Source: a virus
Taxonomy: Duplodnaviria > Caudoviricetes
Virus record (IMG/VR): IMGVR_UViG_3300025084_003138
Span: 1,905-65,904 of that record
Strand: one strand, 5' to 3'
DNA length: 64,000 nucleotides
How positions within the stretch are numbered: the first letter of the stretch is position 1; each line of letters opens with the position of its first letter. The notes beneath the pieces are model-generated. The model did no database searches. It had not been told where the DNA came from and worked only from the letters and a program-made list of their open reading frames with translations. Both the position numbers and the translations under genes were made by a program. This document shows, one piece after another, positions 54,353 through 63,241 of this stretch.

Positions 54353-56300
54353 CAGCAGTACCGTCGTCTAAATTAATCCAAGCGCCGCCTTGACGTCCTT
54401 CAAATTTATCATTAGTACTATTGTAAATAACCATTCCGTTTACAGGTGTTAGTGCATCACGTTCTGTAGATGTTAATGATCCAAACTGAACAAATCCGTC
54501 AATCTTAGCATTACCGTTATTGACATGAAGTTTTTCATCTGGTCTCGGAGTACCGATACCTAGCTTCCCTGCACTATTAAATGTCATAATATTAGCAAGA
54601 CTACCTGCATTATTTGCAGTAATAAACACTACTCTTCCTGGAACAACTCCTGTTGCAACAGTTTGATCAAGATCAACTGAAACTCTTACAAGACCAGCTT
54701 CTGAATAATCTGTACCGTCATATCCTAACCCGCGCATTTCAGCTAAATGGGTACCAGTCGTAGAGCCAGCTACTGCTGTCGGTGATTCGACAGTTCCGTC
54801 ACTTGTATTAAATTCTATTCTTGGTCCGGTAACACCAGAATTTGTATTACCTGTTAATGTAGCCATTACATTATCGTTTGTAGTAACGTCTAGCTTGTCT
54901 GTTGAATTTATTTTACCAACAATACTATTTGCAACACCATCTACAAGTACAGTTGAATCATCGCCAAACACACTTCCAGTTACGTCACCGTTTACAGTAC
55001 CAGTATGAGCACCGTCACTGTTACCTATTAGGTTACCTGTTACGTTACCTACTACGTTACCTGATATAGTCCCAGTAGCAGTTATATCTGCTGTAATAAG
55101 TGTAGTACAGTTTATAGTTGCTGCCCATACTTCACTCCATTTTCTACTAGATAAACCTAAATTGTGTGTAGCAGTTACCGCTGGGTTAACATTTGTAGCG
55201 ATATTTTCTAAATCAAGTGGAGTTGCAGGTCTAAATACAAGATCCGAACCTGCTATTAATGTTTGACCTTCTGTTGGCGGAGTAGATAGGTCAACATTTG
55301 ATATGTCGTTTAAATCTAAAGTCCTTGCTTTCCAACTAGATGAACCACTATCGTATTGTAAAAAATCATTATCTAATACACCAAGCGATAAATCAATATC
55401 AGTAATATTTGCAAATACTGGAGCAGGTACAGCTTCGTTAATCCAACTATTAGAACCAGGGTTCCATACAAGTGTTTGACCTGCTGTTGGACTAGTTGTA
55501 GTAACATCTGTTAAATCGTTGACACTTGCGTTTAATATAAACTCGCCAGTTGTGTTATCATATTGTAAACCAACACCTGCACTTAAATCTGTTAAGGCTA
55601 TTCCGCCTCCGCCTCCACCACCTTGTGCTGCTAGTGCCTGCCATTTACCGGCAGTTGAATTCCATGTAAGAACCTGGTTATTCTGTGGATTTGTTGCATC
55701 AACATCAGATAATAGTGATAAAGACTGATCTGATGCTGTCCAAGTACTTGTGCCGTTATTCCACTTTAAGACTTGGCCGTCAGTTGCACTTGCTTGTGCT
55801 AATGCCGATGTAGTAATTCTTGATGTTGCTGAATCTATAAGAATAGTACTATCGTCGCCTACTATGTCTGCATTTACACTTACAGCATTAAACTCACCGT
55901 CGATATTAATGTTAGTAGTATATAGGTTTTTAAAACGCTTATTAGCATTACCTAGTATATAGGCATTGTTATTTGTAGGTATTAAATTACTACCTAGTCC
56001 AGTACCTTCTCCTGATTGCAAACTTAAACTTGTAGCGTCAACTCCGCCTTGAATATTAATTGACCCTGTTCCGTTAATAGTAAAACTATTAAGCGACAAG
56101 TTTCCTCCTAGTTCGGGGGATGTATCCTCAACAATATTATCTATACCCAAGAACGGATCACCAGTAACTGGAAGACCTCCTGCATTTATACCGTCTCCAA
56201 TATAAAGTTTCTTAGTGTCAGTTGTATATATCAGTTCACCCTGATCAGGTGTAATGGTTTGTCTATCAGCATTTGTACCACGGCGTACTCTTAGCGGCAT
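54342..56300 (-). CDS. Tail fibre with major-tropism-determinant-type N-terminal domain and internal repeats
   Basis: MPLRVRRGTNADR..PDQGELIYTTDTKKLYIGDG; repeats of L.D(V/I)....P..GQ.L.W...W; GDDST(I/V)L(I/V)D motifs; Gly6 hinge; C-terminal RDALTPVNGMVIYNSTNDKFEG. Confidence 0.8.
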   Translation of the reverse strand: MPLRVRRGTNADRQTITPDQGELIYTTDTKKLYIGDGINAGGLPVTGDPFLGIDNIVEDTSPELGGNLSLNSFTINGTGSINIQGGVDATSLSLQSGEGTGLGSNLIPTNNNAYILGNANKRFKNLYTTNINIDGEFNAVSVNADIVGDDSTILIDSATSRITTSALAQASATDGQVLKWNNGTSTWTASDQSLSLLSDVDATNPQNNQVLTWNSTAGKWQALAAQGGGGGGGIALTDLSAGVGLQYDNTTGEFILNASVNDLTDVTTTSPTAGQTLVWNPGSNSWINEAVPAPVFANITDIDLSLGVLDNDFLQYDSGSSSWKARTLDLNDISNVDLSTPPTEGQTLIAGSDLVFRPATPLDLENIATNVNPAVTATHNLGLSSRKWSEVWAATINCTTLITADITATGTISGNVVGNVTGNLIGNSDGAHTGTVNGDVTGSVFGDDSTVLVDGVANSIVGKINSTDKLDVTTNDNVMATLTGNTNSGVTGPRIEFNTSDGTVESPTAVAGSTTGTHLAEMRGLGYDGTDYSEAGLVRVSVDLDQTVATGVVPGRVVFITANNAGSLANIMTFNSAGKLGIGTPRPDEKLHVNNGNAKIDGFVQFGSLTSTERDALTPVNGMVIYNSTNDKFEGRQGGAWINLDDGTAATP

Positions 56301-56330
56301 GTTTATCTCCTAAAGAATAATTCTTACTAT

Positions 56331-56338
56331 GTATTTAT
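56331..56338 (-). promoter_or_regulatory. T4-late-promoter-like motif ATAAATAC
   Basis: The plus-strand gtatttat reads ATAAATAC on the minus strand, 30 nt upstream of the tail fibre start; a GGAG RBS follows. Confidence 0.6.
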
Positions 56339-56356
56339 CAAAGTGTTATCAGAACC

Positions 56357-56671
56357 TTATTTTCCTTTCTTAAGAAAAAACTTTGTTCTTCTAGTAATAT
56401 CGTGCTTTACTTTTTCAACGTTAAGTCTAAAGTCGATATTATCAATATAATCATTATATTCTTCAAGTAACGATTCAATTTCGGATTCTAAATTAGCCGC
56501 AGATGGCTTTTCTAGACTTTTTTGTATATCTACTTCCCATATTTTACCGTCAGTAAATAAGATTCGCATACTATGGAGATACTCTAGTGGAACTACTGAA
56601 ACATCCACATCATTGAGTACCTCCGGCCAATGGTCGATTACGTCTTGCGGAAGTTTATTCTGCTTGCTCAC
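56357..56671 (-). CDS. Hypothetical protein, 104 aa
   Basis: Overlap-coupled ORF in the minus-strand operon. Confidence 0.7.
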   Translation of the reverse strand: MSKQNKLPQDVIDHWPEVLNDVDVSVVPLEYLHSMRILFTDGKIWEVDIQKSLEKPSAANLESEIESLLEEYNDYIDNIDFRLNVEKVKHDITRRTKFFLKKGK

Positions 56672-57245
56672 TCTTTTGACGCTTCTTAGTTGGCACTAGC
56701 TCTTCTGCTTTTCTTCTAAGTTCAGCAGCTTCTTTATATAGAGCATTAGCTTGTGATCTATATCCTTTGGCTATATCTTCGTCAGTAAGAGCTGATTCAG
56801 TAGTTGCCGAATCATTGATGTATACATCTTCTGCAGGCTTTGTGTCTTCGGGGGTTGTTGCAGTGCCACCTGCTAATTCAGCAATAGTTACACCTTTTTG
56901 ATCAGCAATCATCTGATTTAATTCTGCTAAATTAATTACTTGTTTATTATCTGGCGTCATTTCTATATTTTTAGTAGGTTGTTTTGATAGTTTACCAAAT
57001 TTATGGAACGCTTTTAACATATTACGTCCGTCGGGTAGTGTTGCTCTGTCCATTGCATCAGCAAGTTCTTCAGCTGACTGTCCGGCGTTTGATTCAATGC
57101 AACGCATTAGTGCGTCATGTTCGTCTGCCGATAGTGACTCTGTGGACACTACCAGGCAACTTTCTGCGTCACCTGGCAATGTTCTAAAAGCAACTCCGAC
57201 CTTTTTTCGTGTAGAAGCAATTCTACCTACGTGCTTTAAGGCCAT
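56655..57245 (-). CDS. Hypothetical protein (~196 aa)
   Basis: The true start is probably ATG 57245 (MALKHVGR...), just after the upstream stop; the longer track start overlaps the upstream gene out of frame. C-terminal coiled-coil-like segment. Confidence 0.7.
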   Translation of the reverse strand: MALKHVGRIASTRKKVGVAFRTLPGDAESCLVVSTESLSADEHDALMRCIESNAGQSAEELADAMDRATLPDGRNMLKAFHKFGKLSKQPTKNIEMTPDNKQVINLAELNQMIADQKGVTIAELAGGTATTPEDTKPAEDVYINDSATTESALTDEDIAKGYRSQANALYKEAAELRRKAEELVPTKKRQKSEQAE

Positions 57246-57249
57246 TTTA

Positions 57250-57546
57250 TTAAGTTCCTGTTTCTGTGCCTTCTGCTGGCTCTTCACCTTCAGGGGCTTG
57301 TGATTGTTGTGCTTGTACTGCAAGCAAGAAGTTGTTTAGGCGTGTATATGTTTTGCCTACAGCTTCCATTTCAGTTGGGCGGAATGCGCCTCTTGCACTA
57401 GCAACATCAATAATTTGTTTTAGTGCATTTAAATCACCGATACTTAGATCAGTGTTTTGTTCACCTTGTGCTTCTTGAGCATTTTGTGCTAATTCTTCGG
57501 CTACAGCTGGATCAGCAGTTGCTTGTGTTTCAGTAGTTTCAGACAT
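57250..57546 (-). CDS. Hypothetical acidic protein, 98 aa
   Basis: AAGGAG RBS; core LSIGDLNALKQIIDVASARGAFRPTEMEAVGKTYTRLNNFL with disordered acidic ends. Confidence 0.75.
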   Translation of the reverse strand: MSETTETQATADPAVAEELAQNAQEAQGEQNTDLSIGDLNALKQIIDVASARGAFRPTEMEAVGKTYTRLNNFLLAVQAQQSQAPEGEEPAEGTETGT

Positions 57547-57592
57547 ATTATGTATTCTCCTTTGTTTACTAATAATATATATCTACAATTAA

Positions 57593-57871
57593 TTAATTGT
57601 ATTTTAAAAGTGGACAAGCTAATAAAAAATAACTTGCCTCTTTTTCGTTTTCGAACCCTATTTGAACAACTGTTTCAATTTTGTTCGTAGTAGTTGAAAT
57701 ATTTACACTCTTACATATAGCGTATCTTCCTTTTAGTTTGCTATTAATCCATTTGTCAACAGCATTAATTGTATTATACTTATATTCAATATTAACTTTT
57801 TCAAAATATTCTGGTATAACAGGAAGTTTTCGAGTACCAAGTAGGTTGTGTGGGTTAGGCCGCATTGTCAT
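57593..57871 (-). CDS. Hypothetical protein, 92 aa
   Basis: Overlaps the VWA gene end; C-terminal 'IGFENEKEASYFLL' pattern. Confidence 0.7.
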   Translation of the reverse strand: MTMRPNPHNLLGTRKLPVIPEYFEKVNIEYKYNTINAVDKWINSKLKGRYAICKSVNISTTTNKIETVVQIGFENEKEASYFLLACPLLKYN

Positions 57872-59171
57872 AATGTGCCGTTACACCAAACGGTGCTTCT
57901 AAGTTCTTTTGATGATTACTATGAATAACAAATACTGTGTCACAGTATTCTGGATCGCCCCATGAATCCCATGCATAACCGTCTGTAAACATTAAGAACT
58001 TCTTAGGTTGAATGTCATTTTCTTTCATATAAGTCCAATTGACCATAAAGTCAGTGCCGCCACCGCCCATAACTTGATATTCTGTTAAGTCTTCGCCACC
58101 GTCGGCACTAAAATCTGCTTCGTTATAGACTTTTGTATCAAAGCACCATAACTTAATTTTATAGTCTTTGTATTCGTCCATAATACCTTTAACTTCGCTT
58201 AGAAAGTCTGTAGCCTGATCATTACCTATTGACCCGCTCATATCAATACAAATACATAAATCGATAGTTTGATCAAAATTCATTCCTGGTAAAACTGCAC
58301 CAGTGTGCCAACCTTTACGTGAAGGACGTATAAATGTATAGTCACTTCGAATTGTTGACTGAATTTGCTGACGTAAAATTTCACGCCAGTTCATTTTAGG
58401 CTCAGTAAGCTCTTTAATCATACGAGCAATTTCGCCCGGAATATTACCTGCGCCTGAACTTTGTGCCGCAGAAATCATTCCCTCTTTTATTTCGTCACGT
58501 ATTTTACGTAATTCTTCTTTAGAATATTTCGGAGGTCCGCCTTTACCTTTGCTTTTGCCTGGAGTATTACTGTCACCACTGTCACCGTCGCCATCACTTT
58601 CCCAGTCAACATGTTCGTCTAACAGTTCACCTAGTTGTTTTAGTTCTTCCTCGTCGTACTTGCCAAAGATGTCATCGTATACTTCTTCTGACGTCCAACC
58701 TTCATATTTAAAGTCTTGAAAGCAATCAATAAAGGTAGGTTTATCACCAATACGATCTCTTACTAGTAGGTTGTTTACAATATAGTCAGCGGCAATATTG
58801 TAAATTTGTGGGTCTCTATCGTCTCGGCGTGCTAAGTGATCAAATACACAATGCAGAATTTCGTGTGCAATAACAAACTCGACTTCTTTGTTTGACATTG
58901 CATTAAAGAACTGCGTATTGTAATATAAGTTACGTCCGTCGACAGCGGCAGTAGGACACCAGTCGTCTGCTTCTTTAATAATTAAACGTGTTGCCATATT
59001 ACCAAAGAAAGGATGGCGAAGTAGTAATCCTACACGAGCAATAATAATACGATCTAATACTTCAACTCGCATTTCTTCTAATGCTTTTGGAGTAATATCA
59101 GGGTCCGGAGCCCAATTCTTTTTACCTTCTAAGTTGTATAGTACATCTGAATTAAAAAAATCTAAAGGCAT
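57855..59171 (-). CDS. Metallopeptidase-like (HExxH) + VWA domain protein (DUF2201-type)
   Basis: TAAVDGRNLYYN, FVIAHEILHC, NIAADYIVN; VWA MIDAS DMSGS, GGGTDF, FTDGY. The start is reassigned to ATG 59171 with an AAGGAG RBS. Confidence 0.88.
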   Translation of the reverse strand: MPLDFFNSDVLYNLEGKKNWAPDPDITPKALEEMRVEVLDRIIIARVGLLLRHPFFGNMATRLIIKEADDWCPTAAVDGRNLYYNTQFFNAMSNKEVEFVIAHEILHCVFDHLARRDDRDPQIYNIAADYIVNNLLVRDRIGDKPTFIDCFQDFKYEGWTSEEVYDDIFGKYDEEELKQLGELLDEHVDWESDGDGDSGDSNTPGKSKGKGGPPKYSKEELRKIRDEIKEGMISAAQSSGAGNIPGEIARMIKELTEPKMNWREILRQQIQSTIRSDYTFIRPSRKGWHTGAVLPGMNFDQTIDLCICIDMSGSIGNDQATDFLSEVKGIMDEYKDYKIKLWCFDTKVYNEADFSADGGEDLTEYQVMGGGGTDFMVNWTYMKENDIQPKKFLMFTDGYAWDSWGDPEYCDTVFVIHSNHQKNLEAPFGVTAHYDNAA

Positions 59172-59181
59172 AACCTTCTCC

Positions 59182-60276
59182 TTATGCTGATTGCGCCGCA
59201 GTAATATACTTACCATACCGTTCATGGAATTCATCAAAGCATTCTACTTCGTCTGGATCAATTGGAAGACTATATTGTGTAAGTGCAAGTTTGATACCCA
59301 TAACAACTAACTCTGTGTCAAAGTTATCCATACTAAAACGCAGGAAGTTATTTACTTTGTCGTCAAACTTTTTATCGTTTTTATTACATGCTTCTCTAAG
59401 TTCGTAACATAGTGATACAGTCAACGAATACATAGCACTGATTTCTTTGTTTTGTAAGTCTTTTACTTTACCTGCTAAGATGTCAGTTGGGTTAGGCATT
59501 TTAGATGCAATTTTTCGGTGCGCCATAAACTTAACAGCAAGACCTTCGCCTACTGATCCGCTTACAAGATCTGTTGTAGTTTCTTCATCTTCACCGTCTT
59601 CTAACAGTTCTGATACAAATGACCACGAACGAGGTGTTGCAAACGAACGACTAGGTGACTTAGGATCAAAATCATATAAGTCTTTTTTAGCAAATGTCAA
59701 ATAACCTACAACGTCTTTATGTTGATTATTTTCTGGTGCAACTGCCCATTCAAACCAATCATCAAAAGATACAGTAAGTTCTAAGTGTACAAAGCGGTTA
59801 GCCAACGGAGCGGGCATACGATATGTAACACCTTTGTCTGCTTCTCGGTTACCAGCCGCAATAATAATAACATTGTCAGGTAGTTTATATGTACCTACTC
59901 GGCGATTAAGAATTAACTGATATGCTGCCGCTTGTACAGCAGGCGCCGCTGAGTTCATTTCGTCTAAGAACAATACAATATTATCAAATTGCTCTGCCAT
60001 TTCTTGTGTAGGCAATTCAATTGGTGGCGCCCATTTCATTGTATTATCGTTGGCAGCATAATAAGGCATACCCTTGATATCTGTCGGATCCCATAATGAT
60101 AGTCGAATATCGATTAAATGCGAATTAGATAATGAGTTGGTTACTTGCCCTACAATGTCCGATTTACCAATACCTGGAGGTCCCCAAAGGAAGATTGGAC
60201 GTTTTTTCTTCATAGCACGTAGAATACTACGTTTTGCTTTATTTGGAGTTACTGTACGTGTTGCAATATTTTCCAT
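59182..60276 (-). CDS. MoxR-like AAA+ ATPase
   Basis: Walker A WGPPGIGKS, Walker B LFLDEMN, sensor AAGN, PLANRF, TPRSW; adjacent to its VWA partner. Confidence 0.92.
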   Translation of the reverse strand: MENIATRTVTPNKAKRSILRAMKKKRPIFLWGPPGIGKSDIVGQVTNSLSNSHLIDIRLSLWDPTDIKGMPYYAANDNTMKWAPPIELPTQEMAEQFDNIVLFLDEMNSAAPAVQAAAYQLILNRRVGTYKLPDNVIIIAAGNREADKGVTYRMPAPLANRFVHLELTVSFDDWFEWAVAPENNQHKDVVGYLTFAKKDLYDFDPKSPSRSFATPRSWSFVSELLEDGEDEETTTDLVSGSVGEGLAVKFMAHRKIASKMPNPTDILAGKVKDLQNKEISAMYSLTVSLCYELREACNKNDKKFDDKVNNFLRFSMDNFDTELVVMGIKLALTQYSLPIDPDEVECFDEFHERYGKYITAAQSA

Positions 60277-60309
60277 TACTTATGCCCTTTGCTGTGTTGC
60301 TATACTACT

Positions 60310-60338
60310 AATATAGTACATATTGAGTCAAAAGTCAA
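60310..60338 (-). promoter_or_regulatory. Sigma70-type promoter TTGACT-N17-TATATT
   Basis: Minus-strand TTGACT at 60338-60333, 17-bp spacer, TATATT at 60315-60310; a second TTGACT (60331-60326) with TAGTAT at 18 bp overlaps it. Confidence 0.65.
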
Positions 60339-60721
60339 CCGCTTTTGGTAAATTTTTCCATAGTTTTTGTCAATCCGTATCTATTAATATCGCCTGAGAA
60401 AAGTGTTAGTTCAACGGCTTTTCTTTCGTTTGTAACATAGATACTATACGGAGTAAGATAATACGGGCTATCAATAAACTGGTCTAAGAATATAATAGCA
60501 TGAACAGTTAAGTTAGTGTCTTTAGGAAACGGAACTTCGTATACAGTAATTTCTAATTCGTTTAACATTTGAAAACCTTCATCGGTTAAACGTAATCCGC
60601 CAACATCTTTGTTTCGAGTGTTTTTCCACCACTTTGGAATGTGCTGTTTTACGGACACTTCATTAGTACTCTTACCTTGTTGATGCAAAAAAACCTTTGT
60701 ATATTTTTGCTTAGGATTCAT
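60335..60721 (-). CDS. Hypothetical protein, 128 aa
   Basis: Clean ORF (..GGLRLTDEGF..FLDQFIDSPYYL..ELTLFSGD) in a co-directional run. Confidence 0.7.
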   Translation of the reverse strand: MNPKQKYTKVFLHQQGKSTNEVSVKQHIPKWWKNTRNKDVGGLRLTDEGFQMLNELEITVYEVPFPKDTNLTVHAIIFLDQFIDSPYYLTPYSIYVTNERKAVELTLFSGDINRYGLTKTMEKFTKSG

Positions 60722-60723
60722 TA

Positions 60724-61005
60724 TTAAACTTTTTCACCTTGCGTTAGTTTATAAACAGAGAAGTCTGTACAATTAAATAAACGATTTAATCGTTTTTGTA
60801 AATTTAGTGCATGTCCTGGATTAGAAAAACTTACTTTTTTATACTTAGGTCCTGGGTAGTTTGTGATTACGTTTAGTGTCTTTAAATTAAAAGGTTTTCC
60901 TTTATAAAAGACTGCCCAGATTGCATCAGCTTCGAGAACTTGCTCGCTTTTATAGGTAGTCTTTTCTATTTTTTCTAATAAAACAGTAGGCTTAGGTCTA
61001 CTCAT
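60724..61005 (-). CDS. Hypothetical protein, 93 aa
   Basis: AAGGA RBS; MSRPKPTVLLE..YPGPKYKKVSFSNPGHA; a TAAATA motif lies 30 nt upstream (61035-61040). Confidence 0.75.
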   Translation of the reverse strand: MSRPKPTVLLEKIEKTTYKSEQVLEADAIWAVFYKGKPFNLKTLNVITNYPGPKYKKVSFSNPGHALNLQKRLNRLFNCTDFSVYKLTQGEKV

Positions 61006-61050
61006 ATGCGTTCCTTTGTAGTTATATACGCATATATTTAGCTAAAAAAT

Positions 61051-61281
61051 TTAGAAATTTTCGCCTTGCATTACAATACTAATAACTTCTTCTGCATTTT
61101 TATCTTTAATAAGTAGTTCTTCTAGATCACCGTTTAGTCTAGTCATTACTTCAGCTAGTGTAAATGCAACTTTTTTAGCAGTCTGTATATCTAATCTAAT
61201 TTCTTTTTGATTACTTGCGTCTGCAGATTTTACTTGTTGTATAAACTTTTCTAAAGGAATGGTATTTAGAGATTCTTTCAT
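61051..61281 (-). CDS. Hypothetical protein, 76 aa
   Basis: TAATG stop/start overlap with the upstream gene. Confidence 0.7.
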   Translation of the reverse strand: MKESLNTIPLEKFIQQVKSADASNQKEIRLDIQTAKKVAFTLAEVMTRLNGDLEELLIKDKNAEEVISIVMQGENF

Positions 61282-61754
61282 TATCTACCCTTTTTATTTG
61301 CAAGACTTAATTTGTGTTTCATTTCTAAATCAGTTAAGAACGGTCCTTGGTATTCGTACCGTTCGCAAGTTATTAGTTTAGGACAGAAACTTTTAACCCA
61401 GCCTTTATCGAACTGAATAATATAATACCCTGCACAATATAAACTAGTTGATTTATCACTTTTTGTAAACAGCGGCAACTTACGTTTAACATCAAATACA
61501 CTGTTACATGGAGGAACATTTGTTGGAAATCCGTGAACTTCTTTTTCTGTTACTACATATTCTTTAATACTTCCATTAAAAATACTTTTTCCTAATTCTT
61601 TTGTAAGTGTAGATTTATCTTTAAAAAATTTATTTTTATTAGATGTACTAAACATATAACGATCTTCGTCATAGCTAATAGTTCCAACTTTATCAGAACC
61701 GTTTTCTACAATCCAAAATTTATTTTTTAATATTTCTTTTGCTTTAAGCCCCAT
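61281..61754 (-). CDS. Hypothetical protein (~157 aa)
   Basis: The start is reassigned to ATG 61754 (MGLKAKEILKNKFW), overlapping the RNase H stop, with a GAGG RBS. Confidence 0.7.
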   Translation of the reverse strand: MGLKAKEILKNKFWIVENGSDKVGTISYDEDRYMFSTSNKNKFFKDKSTLTKELGKSIFNGSIKEYVVTEKEVHGFPTNVPPCNSVFDVKRKLPLFTKSDKSTSLYCAGYYIIQFDKGWVKSFCPKLITCERYEYQGPFLTDLEMKHKLSLANKKGR

Positions 61755-62733
61755 TATTATACCTCGCTTGTAATGGTTCGGCAAACGATGCCGCTTGGTC
61801 TGCAATACGTTGCATATCCCACTTAGCACAAAACTTCATTAGTCTCATGCCTACTTGAGAAACATTCTTACTTTCAACTGATTGAATAGTATTATTTATA
61901 ATTTCTCTAATGTCTTCAGGTTGTGCAGTCAAGTCACAAAGAGTAACATTACGTGTATAGTCATCTAGTACACGATGTTCTACACCTTCATGATCTACCC
62001 AACGCTGTAACATCATGTTATTCCAGCTATAACCTTTGTTTTGCTTATCTTCAAATGCTTCAATAAGACCAACTTTGTTCTTAGTGCCTTTCTTACGTAC
62101 ACCTGGATATGCACTAAACACATTGTCACTAGTGTCGCCACGCATACATTTCTCGAACAACATGTATTCAGGATCAGGTGCAGGCTTTGCCTCTTTAGTC
62201 TTCTTGTCAATAACAGGAGCACCTTTGTCGTCAAAGTAGCCTTCGTGTGTAATAGTAACGTTCTGTATGCCATTGTACTGTTTTACATTAGGTGCAATCA
62301 ATTGTGCAAAGTCACCGTCAGTACTAATAATAACATGATTGTCGTTAGGGTGTGATTGTACCCAACCTGCAATAAGATCATCTGCTTCTAGTTGCGGATG
62401 ACGCATAACAGTGCAGTTAGTTTTGTCTGTAATAAATGTTTTAAACTCGTCAAAGCACTCCCAAAATACTTTATCTTCTTCAGCCTGTGCAGGCGTTAGT
62501 GCATCGCGAGCAACTTTTCTGTTGCGCTTGTAAGGTTCATAGTAGTCCTTACGCCAGCTACGACCTTCTAAACAAAACACAACATGATCAGCATCGAAGT
62601 CACGCCACGCTTTCTTAACACCTGCAAGTGTGATATGAAACGCCATGCCTACTTTAGTGTCTATGTCGCCACGTACTACATGCCTTGCACGAAAGAATGT
62701 ATTAGCAGTGTCTACTAGAATATGTGTTGCCAT
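61744..62733 (-). CDS. rnh: T4 RNase H-like 5'-3' exonuclease (FEN1/PIN fold)
   Basis: ILVDTAN, FCLEGRSWRK..Y..YKRNR, LEADDLIA, ISTDGDFAQL, KCMRGDTSDNV. Confidence 0.88.
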   Translation of the reverse strand: MATHILVDTANTFFRARHVVRGDIDTKVGMAFHITLAGVKKAWRDFDADHVVFCLEGRSWRKDYYEPYKRNRKVARDALTPAQAEEDKVFWECFDEFKTFITDKTNCTVMRHPQLEADDLIAGWVQSHPNDNHVIISTDGDFAQLIAPNVKQYNGIQNVTITHEGYFDDKGAPVIDKKTKEAKPAPDPEYMLFEKCMRGDTSDNVFSAYPGVRKKGTKNKVGLIEAFEDKQNKGYSWNNMMLQRWVDHEGVEHRVLDDYTRNVTLCDLTAQPEDIREIINNTIQSVESKNVSQVGMRLMKFCAKWDMQRIADQAASFAEPLQARYNNGA

Positions 62734-62762
62734 TAGTTTGCCTCTGTGTAATTTATAGTACT

Positions 62763-62791
62763 ATTATAGCATCGGATCTGGCTGTTGTCAA
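62763..62791 (-). promoter_or_regulatory. Perfect sigma70 consensus promoter TTGACA-N17-TATAAT
   Basis: Minus-strand TTGACA at 62791-62786, 17-bp spacer, TATAAT at 62768-62763; upstream of rnh. Confidence 0.85.
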
Positions 62792-62794
62792 CCA

Positions 62795-63169
62795 TTAAGA
62801 TATTTCACTCTTACCTTTATCAATCGGTACTACGTTAATATATCCAGCGTCACGTTTAGAATCTTGTCCTTCTTCTTCAAGCATTTGTGAAATAACAGTT
62901 TTAAACCATTGGTCTACAATTTGCTCATTAGTTTCACCTGTATAGCCTGCATCAAGAAGTTGCTCAATAAATTCGTTATTCCAATCGAGCTCAAAGAACC
63001 CGTTTCGAATGTTGTCTGGATTTACTTGTGTATCTAATACAGCAACCCACGGTTCTTTCTTTTTAGTAGCAAGAGCTTTTTCAGCATCAAGAGCTTCACG
63101 ACGAATATCTTCTTGCGTCTTTTCTTCTGTTACTGACTTTTCTTTTACTAATTTATTCCACCAACTCAT
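62795..63169 (-). CDS. Hypothetical protein, 124 aa
   Basis: AAGGAG RBS; core EPWVAVLDTQVNPDNIRNGFFELDWNNEFIEQL. Confidence 0.75.
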   Translation of the reverse strand: MSWWNKLVKEKSVTEEKTQEDIRREALDAEKALATKKKEPWVAVLDTQVNPDNIRNGFFELDWNNEFIEQLLDAGYTGETNEQIVDQWFKTVISQMLEEEGQDSKRDAGYINVVPIDKGKSEIS

Positions 63170-63241
63170 TACATAATTCTCCTTATTTTCTCAAATTCAT
63201 CTTCATCTCTAATACCTTTAGGAATACTATTTAAGTTTTCT

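Noticed and set aside
57586-57599. 14-bp perfect palindrome CAATTAATTAATTG
   Set aside because: It is low complexity and overlaps a stop codon; it is explained by a TAATTA late-type motif and AT richness.
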